From: a virus
Taxonomy: Duplodnaviria; Caudoviricetes
IMG/VR virus record: IMGVR_UViG_3300031688_000025
Location: 1-52,178 of that record
Direction: 5' to 3' (one strand)
Length of the DNA: 52,178 bases
Shown: piece after piece, positions 18,432 to 27,255 of the stretch
Layout: each line of letters opens with the position of its first letter
Position numbering within the stretch: the stretch's first letter is position 1
Translations under genes and position numbers: made by a program
The notes under the pieces: generated by a model
Database searches by the model: none
Seen by the model: only the letters and a program-made list of their open reading frames with translations
What the model was told of the DNA's origin: nothing

Positions 18432-19660
18432 GTAAACTATTAGTACTTCCATACAAATCATCCAGTAAATCTGCTGTTGTAATAGCTAATGAACTGGGTT
18501 GTAAAAGAATGAACCTAACTAACTCAAGGGTAGTTGATAACCCTAACACTAGCATCATTAACTGGGGTAACTCAACAACTAACCTGTCACACTTACCCTC
18601 TGTTAAAGTGTACAACGTATCAGAGAACGTAAGATTAGCATCTCATAAGTTAGATTTCTTTAAGGCTATCGAACAGTACAACGATGCTAATCAAGATAGC
18701 CCTGTGTCTATACCAGACTGGACATCTAAGGTCAGTGTTGCAAGACGATGGTACACTGAAGGTAACGATGTAGTTGTACGTAACGTAATGCAAGGTCACT
18801 CTGGTGATGGCCTTGAATTAATAAGCTATGACGAAAGTATACTTGCTAAGGATGCTGTACCTAAAGCACCTCTATACACTAAGTATATGAAGAAGAGAGA
18901 CGAGTACCGTGTCCATGTTGTAGGCCAAGAGGCTATCTTCTTACAACGTAAAGCCCCAAGATATAGTGATAGTCGTATCGTTGACTACCAAATACGTAAC
19001 ACTGCTAATGGATTCATCTTTGTAACTGAAGGCTTAAACCCTAATCCTCTTGTAGAATCTGAGGCTGTTAAAGCTGTTGTTGCATTGGGCTTAGACTTCG
19101 GAGCTGTAGATGTTATATGGAATGAAAGACGTGGTAAAGCTACTGTAATAGAAGTCAACACTGCGTGTGGGTTAACAAGCATTAAGGGTATCGAGCGGTA
19201 CAAGAGAGCCTTAGAGTCTATGTTAACCAATAAAGCTCAAATAAAATGGAGTCAAAGTTTACCTATCGATAACTTTGAAGAGACGCTTGAAGACCTTAAC
19301 ACCATGTTTAATGAGGTAGAAGCTAAGAAAACTTTCCTTCGTAGAACTTCACAGTTACTAACAAGCTCAGCCCCTAATGAAAGGATAACCTATAACTCTA
19401 TTGGAGACTCAGTAATATTATCTGATGTCATTAAAAGTTATATAGTTGATTATGTTTTAGAAGGTGGTACTGAGAATGGAGCTAACAATTACCATACAAT
19501 ATCAGAGCTATCAGGCCTTATGTGTGACTTTATACTGTACGATTGGAAAGTACAAGAGGACACATGTCGTGTGCTATTCTCCCCTAGGTCAGATGATACC
19601 TTACGATGCCACATAGAACTAGACCTACCTAGTAGTCAAATACATTTAGTGGAGGGTTAA
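18428..19660 (+). CDS. ATP-grasp ligase with a C-terminal extension
   Basis: INWG, GHSGDG, EYRVHV, LGLDFGAVDVI, IEVNTA. Confidence 0.88.
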   Translation: MSKLLVLPYKSSSKSAVVIANELGCKRMNLTNSRVVDNPNTSIINWGNSTTNLSHLPSVKVYNVSENVRLASHKLDFFKAIEQYNDANQDSPVSIPDWTSKVSVARRWYTEGNDVVVRNVMQGHSGDGLELISYDESILAKDAVPKAPLYTKYMKKRDEYRVHVVGQEAIFLQRKAPRYSDSRIVDYQIRNTANGFIFVTEGLNPNPLVESEAVKAVVALGLDFGAVDVIWNERRGKATVIEVNTACGLTSIKGIERYKRALESMLTNKAQIKWSQSLPIDNFEETLEDLNTMFNEVEAKKTFLRRTSQLLTSSAPNERITYNSIGDSVILSDVIKSYIVDYVLEGGTENGANNYHTISELSGLMCDFILYDWKVQEDTCRVLFSPRSDDTLRCHIELDLPSSQIHLVEG

Positions 19661-19661
19661 T

Positions 19662-20060
19662 ATGTTAAATGATTTGTATAAGGTAGCAGTATACGGTACA
19701 CTACGTAAGGGTAATGGTAACAACGTACTGTTATCTAACTCTAAAATGGTAGGTACTGTATTCACTGCGCCTAACTATCAAATGTTTTCCTTAGGTGGGT
19801 TCCCCGGTATCCGATCAGGTAATAAAAGAGTTCTCGTAGAGGTGTACGAGATAGACGATGCAACCCTCTCTCGCTTGGATAGATTAGAGGGGTACCGTGG
19901 TGAGGGTGAGAGTAACTTCTACGAAAGAGAACTCATTGAGACAGCCTTAGGTACCACATACATCTACACACTAGACGATGATAGGTACGATAAGTGCCCG
20001 ACCATTGAGTCTGGCAACTGGAATGAACATAAAGAAGTAAGACTTAAAGATTTAATCTAA
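19662..20060 (+). CDS. Gamma-glutamyl cyclotransferase (AIG2-like)
   Basis: VAVYGTLRKG, FPG, EVYE, LD.LEG, YER. Confidence 0.92.
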   Translation: MLNDLYKVAVYGTLRKGNGNNVLLSNSKMVGTVFTAPNYQMFSLGGFPGIRSGNKRVLVEVYEIDDATLSRLDRLEGYRGEGESNFYERELIETALGTTYIYTLDDDRYDKCPTIESGNWNEHKEVRLKDLI

Positions 20061-20121
20061 AGCAATAGCAACCTAAGTCAAGAGAATTCAAACTATTTAA
20101 TTCTACATAAGGTAATAAAAT

Positions 20122-20589
20122 ATGACCGCAATTCTTGGAACTTCAATCATCCGTGATGTAACTCTTAACTATGTCAAAGTAGATCCTGATAGCCCCACTG
20201 ATCCGTTTGGAACCTTACAATGGGAGTGTCAACTAGTAGTATCCGCAGATAGAAGCGAAGAACTTAGTGGATTTGGTAACGTTAAGCCAGTCAAAGATGA
20301 TCCAAGTCGAGTTGCTATCAACCTGAAACGTAAAGCTGTACGTAAAGATGGGGAAGCTAACGACCCTGTCCAGCTAGTCGATGGTAAGAAGCAAAAGATT
20401 GACGCTAAGATTAAGATTGGCAATGGATCTAAAGGTAATGTTAAAGTATATCGTAGAGAATACGATGTAGCTGGTCGTCAGGGTATATCTACTATCCTAA
20501 CTGCAATCCAGATCACTGACCTAATCGAGTACACTGGTTCAGTTGACTTTGATATTGATGATTCAGAAGCAGATGACACTCAGTTCTAA
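20122..20589 (+). CDS. Single-stranded DNA-binding protein (T7 gp2.5-like)
   Basis: IGNGSKGNV, L.AIQI.DLIEY, acidic tail ending in Phe. Confidence 0.82.
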   Translation: MTAILGTSIIRDVTLNYVKVDPDSPTDPFGTLQWECQLVVSADRSEELSGFGNVKPVKDDPSRVAINLKRKAVRKDGEANDPVQLVDGKKQKIDAKIKIGNGSKGNVKVYRREYDVAGRQGISTILTAIQITDLIEYTGSVDFDIDDSEADDTQF

Positions 20590-20657
20590 GTACTAATAGT
20601 TTATGCCTCATGTCTTAAACTAAGTACCCAAACTGGGATAAGATTATCAAGGACTAT

Positions 20658-20726
20658 ATGATAATTCTTATAACACTATTCTTTGGTGTGTTAATGCTAC
20701 TAGATCTACGTGATAAACGTAGGTAG
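20658..20726 (+). CDS. Putative 22-aa membrane micropeptide
   Basis: AAGGA RBS; MIILITLFFGVLMLLDLRDKRR; followed by a terminator. Confidence 0.45.
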   Translation: MIILITLFFGVLMLLDLRDKRR

Positions 20727-20746
20727 AACGCCATAGATTAGAGCCT

Positions 20747-20791
20747 AAGAGCCCTTCTCAACTTAGTAATAGGTTGGGAGGGGTTTCTTTT
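20747..20791 (+). terminator. Intrinsic terminator
   Basis: AAGAGCCCTTCTCAAC...GTTGGGAGGGGTTTCTTTT. Confidence 0.7.
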
Positions 20792-20838
20792 ATCTGTCTT
20801 ACAACGTAACTGAGAGGTGTTGTGTAGGATTCTAGGCA

Positions 20839-20858
20839 ATTAAGTACCTTATAGAGGG
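20839..20858 (+). promoter_or_regulatory. Putative phage-RNAP late promoter
   Basis: AGTACCTTATAGAGGG at 20843-20858 is the exact reverse complement of 12359-12374. Confidence 0.65.
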
Positions 20859-20878
20859 CACCCTAGAAGGAGGATACA

Positions 20879-21331
20879 ATGTCTACTGAAGAGAAAGTCT
20901 TTACTCAAGAAGATGTAAACGATGGCAAGAAGAAGATACACCCTAACTCATTAGCTAATCTTAAACCAAGACATGATAAGCAACACATGGAAATGATGTG
21001 TAAGAAAGCTGATGAAGCTAGGTTAAAGAATGATCTAATGAAAGAACAAATGAAAGATGTTCTTAAATTAGTTAACAACCTATCTGATAGCCTAATGGAT
21101 TCAATCCCTAAAGGTTTAACTGTTATGAAACTAGCTATGATCAAAGCAATTGGTGCTGATGATATGGTTGAGGCTTCAAGGTTAGCATCTATAGTAGCTG
21201 AGTATGAGCAACCTAAACTTCAACGATCAGAAACAATCAACACTAACTTTGATTACACTGACTTAACAGATGAAGAACTGAAGGCAGAGATGGATAGGAT
21301 AAGTGGTAGCAGTAACGAAGCAGGGGCCTAG
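20879..21331 (+). CDS. Putative terminase small subunit
   Basis: HPNSLANLKP N-terminal motif, Y..PKL, LTDEEL tail; strong AGGAGG RBS; shares its upstream motif with terL. Confidence 0.6.
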   Translation: MSTEEKVFTQEDVNDGKKKIHPNSLANLKPRHDKQHMEMMCKKADEARLKNDLMKEQMKDVLKLVNNLSDSLMDSIPKGLTVMKLAMIKAIGADDMVEASRLASIVAEYEQPKLQRSETINTNFDYTDLTDEELKAEMDRISGSSNEAGA

Positions 21332-21344
21332 AGCCCCTCTTTTT
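21322..21344 (+). terminator. Intrinsic terminator
   Basis: AGGGGC-CTAGA-GCCCCT followed by CTTTTT. Confidence 0.7.
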
Positions 21345-21352
21345 ATTGCAAC

Positions 21353-21404
21353 ACCGACACCTGACTACATGCATTTTTCGGCAACCGACACCTGCTTACA
21401 TGCA
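21353..21404 (+). promoter_or_regulatory. ACCGACA-Nx-TACATGCA motif, copies 3 and 4 (tandem)
   Basis: ACCGACACCTGACTACATGCATTTTT (starts 21353) and ACCGACACCTGCTTACATGCATTTTT (starts 21384), upstream of the replication operon. Confidence 0.6.
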
Positions 21405-21437
21405 TTTTTAGACAAACCTTTGTGAGGACACAAACGT

Positions 21438-21656
21438 ATGAGCATTAAACTATTTAATAAATTAATTACCTGTGAGTTTAGATCAGGCACTGGTATTGAC
21501 ATTGAATTCTGTGACAGCAGACCTGTGTGGGTATTCAACGAGGAGAAACAAGAGGTAACCGCTATGCCTTTCGAAGGGATAGTTATAATGTTACCTTGTA
21601 TGGTGATCACTTGGGGTAACGTATACACAGAAGAGTATCTCGGAGAAGAAAAGTAA
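21438..21656 (+). CDS. Hypothetical protein
   Basis: GAGGA RBS; coupled to the next ORF. Confidence 0.6.
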   Translation: MSIKLFNKLITCEFRSGTGIDIEFCDSRPVWVFNEEKQEVTAMPFEGIVIMLPCMVITWGNVYTEEYLGEEK

Positions 21657-21832
21657 TGGCTAACTATATTATAAGGTTAAATGATTCAGAAGATAAAGAG
21701 TCAGTCTCTGTTAGTATAGAGTCTGATGGTCTTCATCTTGCAGAGGAGGATAGTAAAGCGTTTCAACTATCTGCTTATGCGTTAGATTGTATCCAATCAT
21801 TAGAGGAGAAGGCTAAGAATGCAACCCACTGA
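21656..21832 (+). CDS. Hypothetical protein (58 aa)
   Basis: Not in the ORF track; TAATG coupling; MANYIIRLND...KNATH fills the gap. Confidence 0.55.
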   Translation: MANYIIRLNDSEDKESVSVSIESDGLHLAEEDSKAFQLSAYALDCIQSLEEKAKNATH

Positions 21833-22091
21833 TACACAAAGCACACTGATACAACGTGGTAACAGGTACGGATCCTTTGAAACCCAGAGTGAACTGTGTC
21901 AAAGATTAAAGCATGCAATGAGAGGGCACTCTGGTTGGTGCAATCTCAATGAAGCTCAGCAAGAATCAATTGAAATGATACAGCACAAGGTTGCCCGTAT
22001 TATTAATGGTGATCCTAACTACGCTGATAGTTGGCATGACATCTCCGGTTACGCAACACTAATAGAAAACATGTTAGATAAAAAGGAGTAG
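21819..22091 (+). CDS. DUF6378-like phage protein
   Basis: RG.RYG.F, K.ARI..GDP...DSW.DI.GYA.L. Confidence 0.75.
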   Translation: MQPTDTQSTLIQRGNRYGSFETQSELCQRLKHAMRGHSGWCNLNEAQQESIEMIQHKVARIINGDPNYADSWHDISGYATLIENMLDKKE

Positions 22092-22093
22092 CC

Positions 22094-22255
22094 ATGTCCG
22101 GCAAGGGTTCAAGGCCACGGCCTATGAAAGAAAAAGAAGCGTACTCTAAATCATGGGATGCTATCTTCGGTAAGAAAGACAAACCTGAGGAAGCAGTAGA
22201 GCCCTTCGGGCTCCTAAAAGGTGAGGATAAAGATGCAGAAGATAAAGATAATTAA
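22094..22255 (+). CDS. Small phage protein (53 aa)
   Basis: Not in the ORF track; AGGAG RBS; MSGKGSRPRP...WDAIFGKK. Confidence 0.55.
   Translation: MSGKGSRPRPMKEKEAYSKSWDAIFGKKDKPEEAVEPFGLLKGEDKDAEDKDN
22199..22213 (+). promoter_or_regulatory. Third copy of the GAGCCC-TTC-GGGCTC hairpin
   Basis: Identical 15-mer to 12988-13002; lies inside a small ORF ahead of endo VII/RNR. Confidence 0.45.
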
Positions 22256-22772
22256 ATGTAATGATGGTCACAAGTGGTACAGTTCTCTTGTTGGACAGAC
22301 AGTACCCTTAGTATCTGTAGAGTCTAATGAATATATGTCTAAGGAACCTGCAGGCTACATAAACTTTGTAGCTAAGGATGATGCTGTTCTAGTAGACGTA
22401 GAATATAAGACATGTACTAAGTGCAGAGTTAAGAAAGATGAGACTGAGTTCTCTATGGAAAGCGGTAGAGGATATCGTAAGACATCTTGTAGGCTGTGCG
22501 TAAGGTCTGTGTCTAAGGTAAGAGATGCACTTCATAAAGAAATGGGTACGCCTCCTGATGACTACGAGTGTCCTATCTGTTTAAGAAACGAAGAGGAAGC
22601 TGCAGGTTGTGGTGGTGTAAACAAATCCCCTTGGGCTTTGGATCATGATCACTTGACCAGTAAGTTTAGAGGGTGGCTATGCCACTCATGCAATAGAACA
22701 TTAGGTGGACTGAAGGATGACTTCGGTGCTCTTAATCGTATAAGAACATATCTAAAGAAGGGAAGAGAATGA
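22233..22772 (+). CDS. Endonuclease VII-family nuclease
   Basis: CPIC...LDHDH....RGWLCHSCNRTLG plus extra CxxC pairs. Confidence 0.85.
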   Translation: MQKIKIIKCNDGHKWYSSLVGQTVPLVSVESNEYMSKEPAGYINFVAKDDAVLVDVEYKTCTKCRVKKDETEFSMESGRGYRKTSCRLCVRSVSKVRDALHKEMGTPPDDYECPICLRNEEEAAGCGGVNKSPWALDHDHLTSKFRGWLCHSCNRTLGGLKDDFGALNRIRTYLKKGRE

Positions 22773-24622
22773 ACACATCTAACAAAATCCTATCAGACAT
22801 AACTGTCTTCAGCAAGTATGCAAAGTACGTACCTGAGTTGGAGCGTAGGGAAACTTGGGATGAGCTAGTAACACGTAACAAAGAAATGCATATGCGTAAG
22901 TACCCTACTATGGTAGACGAAATTGAGTCTGCATATAAGTTTGTCTATGATAAGAAAGTACTACCTTCTATGAGAGCCTTGCAATTTGGTGGCGCACCTA
23001 TCGAGCTGGCACCTAACCGAATCTATAACTGTGCCTACCTACCAGTAGAAAGTACAGAAGCTTTCGCAGAGACTATGTTCCTACTACTTGGTGGTACTGG
23101 TGTGGGTTACTCAGTGCAACGTCATCACACCCGTAAACTACCTGAAGTATCAGGGCCTAAGGTACGCAAGCGTAGGTTCCTTGTGTCAGATAACATTGAA
23201 GGGTGGGCTGATGCAGTCAAGGTTCTATGTGAGTCTTACTTCAACGGCACTATGGATGTAGAGTTTGACTACCGTGACATCCGACCTAAGGGTGCTATGC
23301 TTATCACTACTGGTGGTAAAGCACCGGGGCCTCAGCCTCTTAAGGATTGCATACACAAGCTAAGGTCTACACTTGATGAGGCTATTGGTCGTAATCTTAC
23401 TACACTAGAAGTCCATGACATGATGTGCTTCATCGCTGATGCTGTGCTTACAGGTGGTATACGTAGGGCAGCTATGATCTCCTTGTTCTCTATGGATGAC
23501 GCAGACATGCTTGCTTGTAAAGCTGGTAACTGGTGGGAAGAGAACCCTCAACGTGCTAGGTCTAACAACTCAGCAGTAATGCTTAGACATAAGATTACTA
23601 AGGAAGCTTTCGAGAAGCTATGGAAACGTGTAGAGCTATCAGGTTCAGGTGAGCCAGGGATTTACTTTACTAATGATAAAGACTGGGGCACTAACCCTTG
23701 CTGTGAGATTGGCTTACGTCCATACCAAATGTGTAACCTCACTGAACTCAATGCTTCTAATGTTACATCACAAGAAGACTTGAACAGTAGAGCACGAGCA
23801 GCTTCTCTAATTGGTACGTTGCAAGCAGGGTACACAGACTTCCATTACCTACGACCTGAATGGCAAGAGACTTGTCAACGAGATGCACTCATTGGTGTAG
23901 GCCAAACAGGCATTGGGTCTGGTGCTGTACTTAAGTTTAACTTAGAGGAAGCGGCACTTGAAGTTGTTAACGAAAACAAAAGAGTGGCTAAGCTGTTGGG
24001 AATTAATTCAGCTGCGAGATGTACCACGGTTAAGCCTAGTGGCACTAGTTCTTGTGTGCTCGGTAGCAGTAGTGGTATTCATGCTTGGCATAACGATTAC
24101 TATATCCGTAGGCAACGGGTTGGTAAGAACGAAGCACTCTATCAGTACTTTGCTGAGAACCACCCTGCGTTGGTGGAAGACGAATACTTTAATCCACAAG
24201 AACAAGCAGTGATTGAGATACCACAGGCAGCACCCCCTAACTCTATCCTAAGGACAGAGAGTCCAGTTGAATTGCTTGACAGAGTACGTAAGTACAATGT
24301 AGAATGGGTAGCTCCGGGTCACATCGAAGGTCAGAACTCTCACAATGTATCATGTACTATCTCTGTTAAGGATGATGAGTGGGAGCTGGCTGGTGAGTGG
24401 ATGTGGAAGAACCGATACACCTTTAATGGTATCGCAGTACTACCATACAACGGTGGCACCTATGTGCAAGCACCCTTCGAAGACATCTCCGAAGAGCGTT
24501 ACCGTATCATGGAGTCTGCACTTACAGGTATCGATCTAACTCAAGTGAAAGAAGTAGAAGACAAGACAGACCTCAGTGGTGAAGCTGCTTGTGCAGGTGG
24601 AGCTTGTGAAGTAACTTTCTAA
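22769..24622 (+). CDS. nrdJ: Class II adenosylcobalamin-dependent ribonucleotide reductase
   Basis: YNC, GGIRRAAMI, TNPCCEI, TVKPSGT, C-terminal CAGGAC; no small subunit gene. Confidence 0.92.
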   Translation: MNTSNKILSDITVFSKYAKYVPELERRETWDELVTRNKEMHMRKYPTMVDEIESAYKFVYDKKVLPSMRALQFGGAPIELAPNRIYNCAYLPVESTEAFAETMFLLLGGTGVGYSVQRHHTRKLPEVSGPKVRKRRFLVSDNIEGWADAVKVLCESYFNGTMDVEFDYRDIRPKGAMLITTGGKAPGPQPLKDCIHKLRSTLDEAIGRNLTTLEVHDMMCFIADAVLTGGIRRAAMISLFSMDDADMLACKAGNWWEENPQRARSNNSAVMLRHKITKEAFEKLWKRVELSGSGEPGIYFTNDKDWGTNPCCEIGLRPYQMCNLTELNASNVTSQEDLNSRARAASLIGTLQAGYTDFHYLRPEWQETCQRDALIGVGQTGIGSGAVLKFNLEEAALEVVNENKRVAKLLGINSAARCTTVKPSGTSSCVLGSSSGIHAWHNDYYIRRQRVGKNEALYQYFAENHPALVEDEYFNPQEQAVIEIPQAAPPNSILRTESPVELLDRVRKYNVEWVAPGHIEGQNSHNVSCTISVKDDEWELAGEWMWKNRYTFNGIAVLPYNGGTYVQAPFEDISEERYRIMESALTGIDLTQVKEVEDKTDLSGEAACAGGACEVTF

Positions 24623-24674
24623 TCTAACATAACGACCTGAGTATAGTCATTAAACTTCTCGCAGAGGATACAAG

Positions 24675-26507
24675 ATGAGTAAGTATATATTTGACATAGA
24701 AACCAATGGCCTATTCCCTGATAAGATCTGGATGCTAGTCATGCAAGACATAACAACAGAGGAAGTCTACTCCTACTCTGACTACAATGATAAGCTACCC
24801 TCGCTAACTGAAGGTCTTGATAGGCTTAGTAATGCTAAGATCATATCAGGTCACAACGTTATTGGGTTTGACTTACCTGTAATGAAGAGACTACTAGGGT
24901 GGGTACCCTCTGATAGCACTAAGATCTGGGATACATTCCTTATGTCTCAACTATGCAAGTACCAACGTGGTCACCTGCATGGTCTTAAGGGATGGGGTGG
25001 TTTCTTTGAGTACCCTAAGGGTGATCATGAGGACTGGTCTTGTTACAGTGATGAGATGCTAACGTACTGCATACGGGATGTTGAGCTTAACCTTAAGGTA
25101 TACCAACGTGTATCTAAGGAAGCTTCTATCTTAATGAAGCAGAACCCTATGTTCCTACAGGCTCTTGAACTAGAGCATGATTTTGCATTAGTGAATGCAG
25201 AGATCACTGAGAACGGATGGAAGTTTAACATGCGTAAGGCTGAGAGTTTATACGAAGAGATACTAGATCGTATGGAACACATTGAAGATGTGCTCAACCC
25301 TCAGCTTGGTACTGTAGCTGTCATGCGTGGTAACCGTGAGGTCGATCAGATAATTAAGAAGGATGGGTCTTACTACAAACGTGTAGTTGATTGGTTCGAA
25401 TTAGCTGAGGACATCAAGGCATCTGATGGTAACATTGCAGGCCCCTATACTCGTGTAGAGTTTAAGGAAGTTAAGCTTGGTCAGATGGATGAGGTTAAGA
25501 AGTTCTTACTAGATAAAGGATGGAAGCCTGATGACTGGACTGTTAAGAAGATCAACGGTACATGGATAAAGCAAAGCCCTAAGCTTACTGATAGTTCCTT
25601 GAAACCCTTGGGTGAGATAGGTACACACATCAGTGACTACTACATGCTACGCAATAGGTTAGCTACTGTTGAAGGGTGGATAGCTTCAGTCAATGACGAA
25701 GAGAAGTTCAATGATGGTAGGTTGCATGGCAGTATGTTTACCATTGGCACTCCCTCTTTCAGATGTAGACATAGGACTATCGTAAACATACCGGGGGTCT
25801 ATGCACCCTATGGTAAAGAGATGCGTAGCCTACTGACATGTGAGAAAGGAAGTAAGGTTGTTGGTGCTGACTCTGCAGGTAATCAGTTCAGAGGTCTATG
25901 TCACTACATCGGTGACGATAAGTTTACCAATGAAGTTATTAACGGTGATGTTCATCAGCGCAATGCTGACATCTTAGGTATCAGCAGACCACAGGCTAAG
26001 ACATTCATCTATGCCTACCTATTCGGGGCTGGCCCTGCTAAGCTAGGGGAAGCTATCTCTGGGAAGAAGTCTGCTAAGATTGGTAAAGAAGCTGATGCTA
26101 CCTTTAAGGCTACCTTGCCGGGGCTTAAGGTTCTTAAGGATACTTTGGAAGATGAGTTCAGAATGTCTATGATGAAGACAGGTCAGGGCTTTATCATGGG
26201 GGCTGATGGTCGTAGGGTTATGGTAGCTTCCGAGCACCAGACACTTAACTACTTACTGCAAACTCTAGAAGGTATTACTTGTAAGGCTGCACTTGTGTAT
26301 GCGTACAAGAAGATTAAAGAACTTAACCTCGATGCTTACCCAGTCTTGTTCTATCATGACGAGGTTGCATTCGTAGCTAAAGAGAGCGATGCAGAAGCAG
26401 TTAAAGAAATCTGTGTTGAAGCTTTCAGAGAAGCACCTAAGAGTGTAGGTGTTATGTGTATGGATGGTGATGGGCAAATAGGAGACAGCTATGCTGACGT
26501 TCACTGA
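24675..26507 (+). CDS. DNA polymerase family A with 3'-5' exonuclease
   Basis: FDIET, GHN..GFD, YC.RDV; GADSAGNQFR, R.QAKTFIYAYLFG, YHDE. Confidence 0.95.
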   Translation: MSKYIFDIETNGLFPDKIWMLVMQDITTEEVYSYSDYNDKLPSLTEGLDRLSNAKIISGHNVIGFDLPVMKRLLGWVPSDSTKIWDTFLMSQLCKYQRGHLHGLKGWGGFFEYPKGDHEDWSCYSDEMLTYCIRDVELNLKVYQRVSKEASILMKQNPMFLQALELEHDFALVNAEITENGWKFNMRKAESLYEEILDRMEHIEDVLNPQLGTVAVMRGNREVDQIIKKDGSYYKRVVDWFELAEDIKASDGNIAGPYTRVEFKEVKLGQMDEVKKFLLDKGWKPDDWTVKKINGTWIKQSPKLTDSSLKPLGEIGTHISDYYMLRNRLATVEGWIASVNDEEKFNDGRLHGSMFTIGTPSFRCRHRTIVNIPGVYAPYGKEMRSLLTCEKGSKVVGADSAGNQFRGLCHYIGDDKFTNEVINGDVHQRNADILGISRPQAKTFIYAYLFGAGPAKLGEAISGKKSAKIGKEADATFKATLPGLKVLKDTLEDEFRMSMMKTGQGFIMGADGRRVMVASEHQTLNYLLQTLEGITCKAALVYAYKKIKELNLDAYPVLFYHDEVAFVAKESDAEAVKEICVEAFREAPKSVGVMCMDGDGQIGDSYADVH

Positions 26508-27255
26508 TGATCACGAAGAGAAGTTTGAGTTTGACAAGTGTTTTATAGACGGGGACTCGATGCTGTACAGAATAGCGTACACCACCGACTCAGATGCTCA
26601 AGCACAAAGCACCTTAGACCTAGCACTACTAGCTGTAATGAGAGATACTAACTCAGCTAAGGGTTATGTAGCTGTGAAAGGTAAGGGTAACTTCCGTCAT
26701 GACATGGCTGATGATTACAAAGCTAACCGTAGTAAAACTGAAATGGATCCTCGGATTAAACAAAACCTTAATAGCTTGTATCAATACTGCTGGGATACTG
26801 GATGTGTCCAAGCGCATGGGTGTGAGGCAGATGACTTGGTTTCTATCTGGGCTACTGAAGCAGAAGAAGCAGGCGACTCCTTTGTCATAGCCCATGTTGA
26901 TAAAGATATTGATATGGTTCCGGGTTGGCACTACAACTTCAACAAGAAAAGTATGTATCATGTTGACGAAGAAAAAGGCCACTACCTACTTTGTAAGCAG
27001 TTGCTAACTGGTGATTCTTCTGATAACATACAGGGTCTTAGAGGTGTAGGCCCTAAGACTGCAGAGAAACTGTTAGCTAACGTAAGCAAGGGTGATATGC
27101 TGGATGTAGTTAGGAAGTCTTGGAGGGAGAAACACCCAAGAGACTGGAAGGAGAAGCTTCAACTCTGCTTCAACCTAATCTATATGCGTAGATCCTTTGA
27201 CGGTTTCGAGGCACTAACTATTGAAGAAGTGTATGGAGAGGGTAGACTTAGATGA
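26491..27255 (+). CDS. 5'-3' exonuclease (T7 gp6-like)
   Basis: IDGD, YKANR, EADD, DKD, GDSSDNI.G..GVGPKTA. Confidence 0.9.
   Translation: MLTFTDDHEEKFEFDKCFIDGDSMLYRIAYTTDSDAQAQSTLDLALLAVMRDTNSAKGYVAVKGKGNFRHDMADDYKANRSKTEMDPRIKQNLNSLYQYCWDTGCVQAHGCEADDLVSIWATEAEEAGDSFVIAHVDKDIDMVPGWHYNFNKKSMYHVDEEKGHYLLCKQLLTGDSSDNIQGLRGVGPKTAEKLLANVSKGDMLDVVRKSWREKHPRDWKEKLQLCFNLIYMRRSFDGFEALTIEEVYGEGRLR

Noticed and set aside
13611-21404. Repeat pairs as a CRISPR mini-array
   Set aside because: Only pairs, variable internal length, no regular spacers, no cas genes
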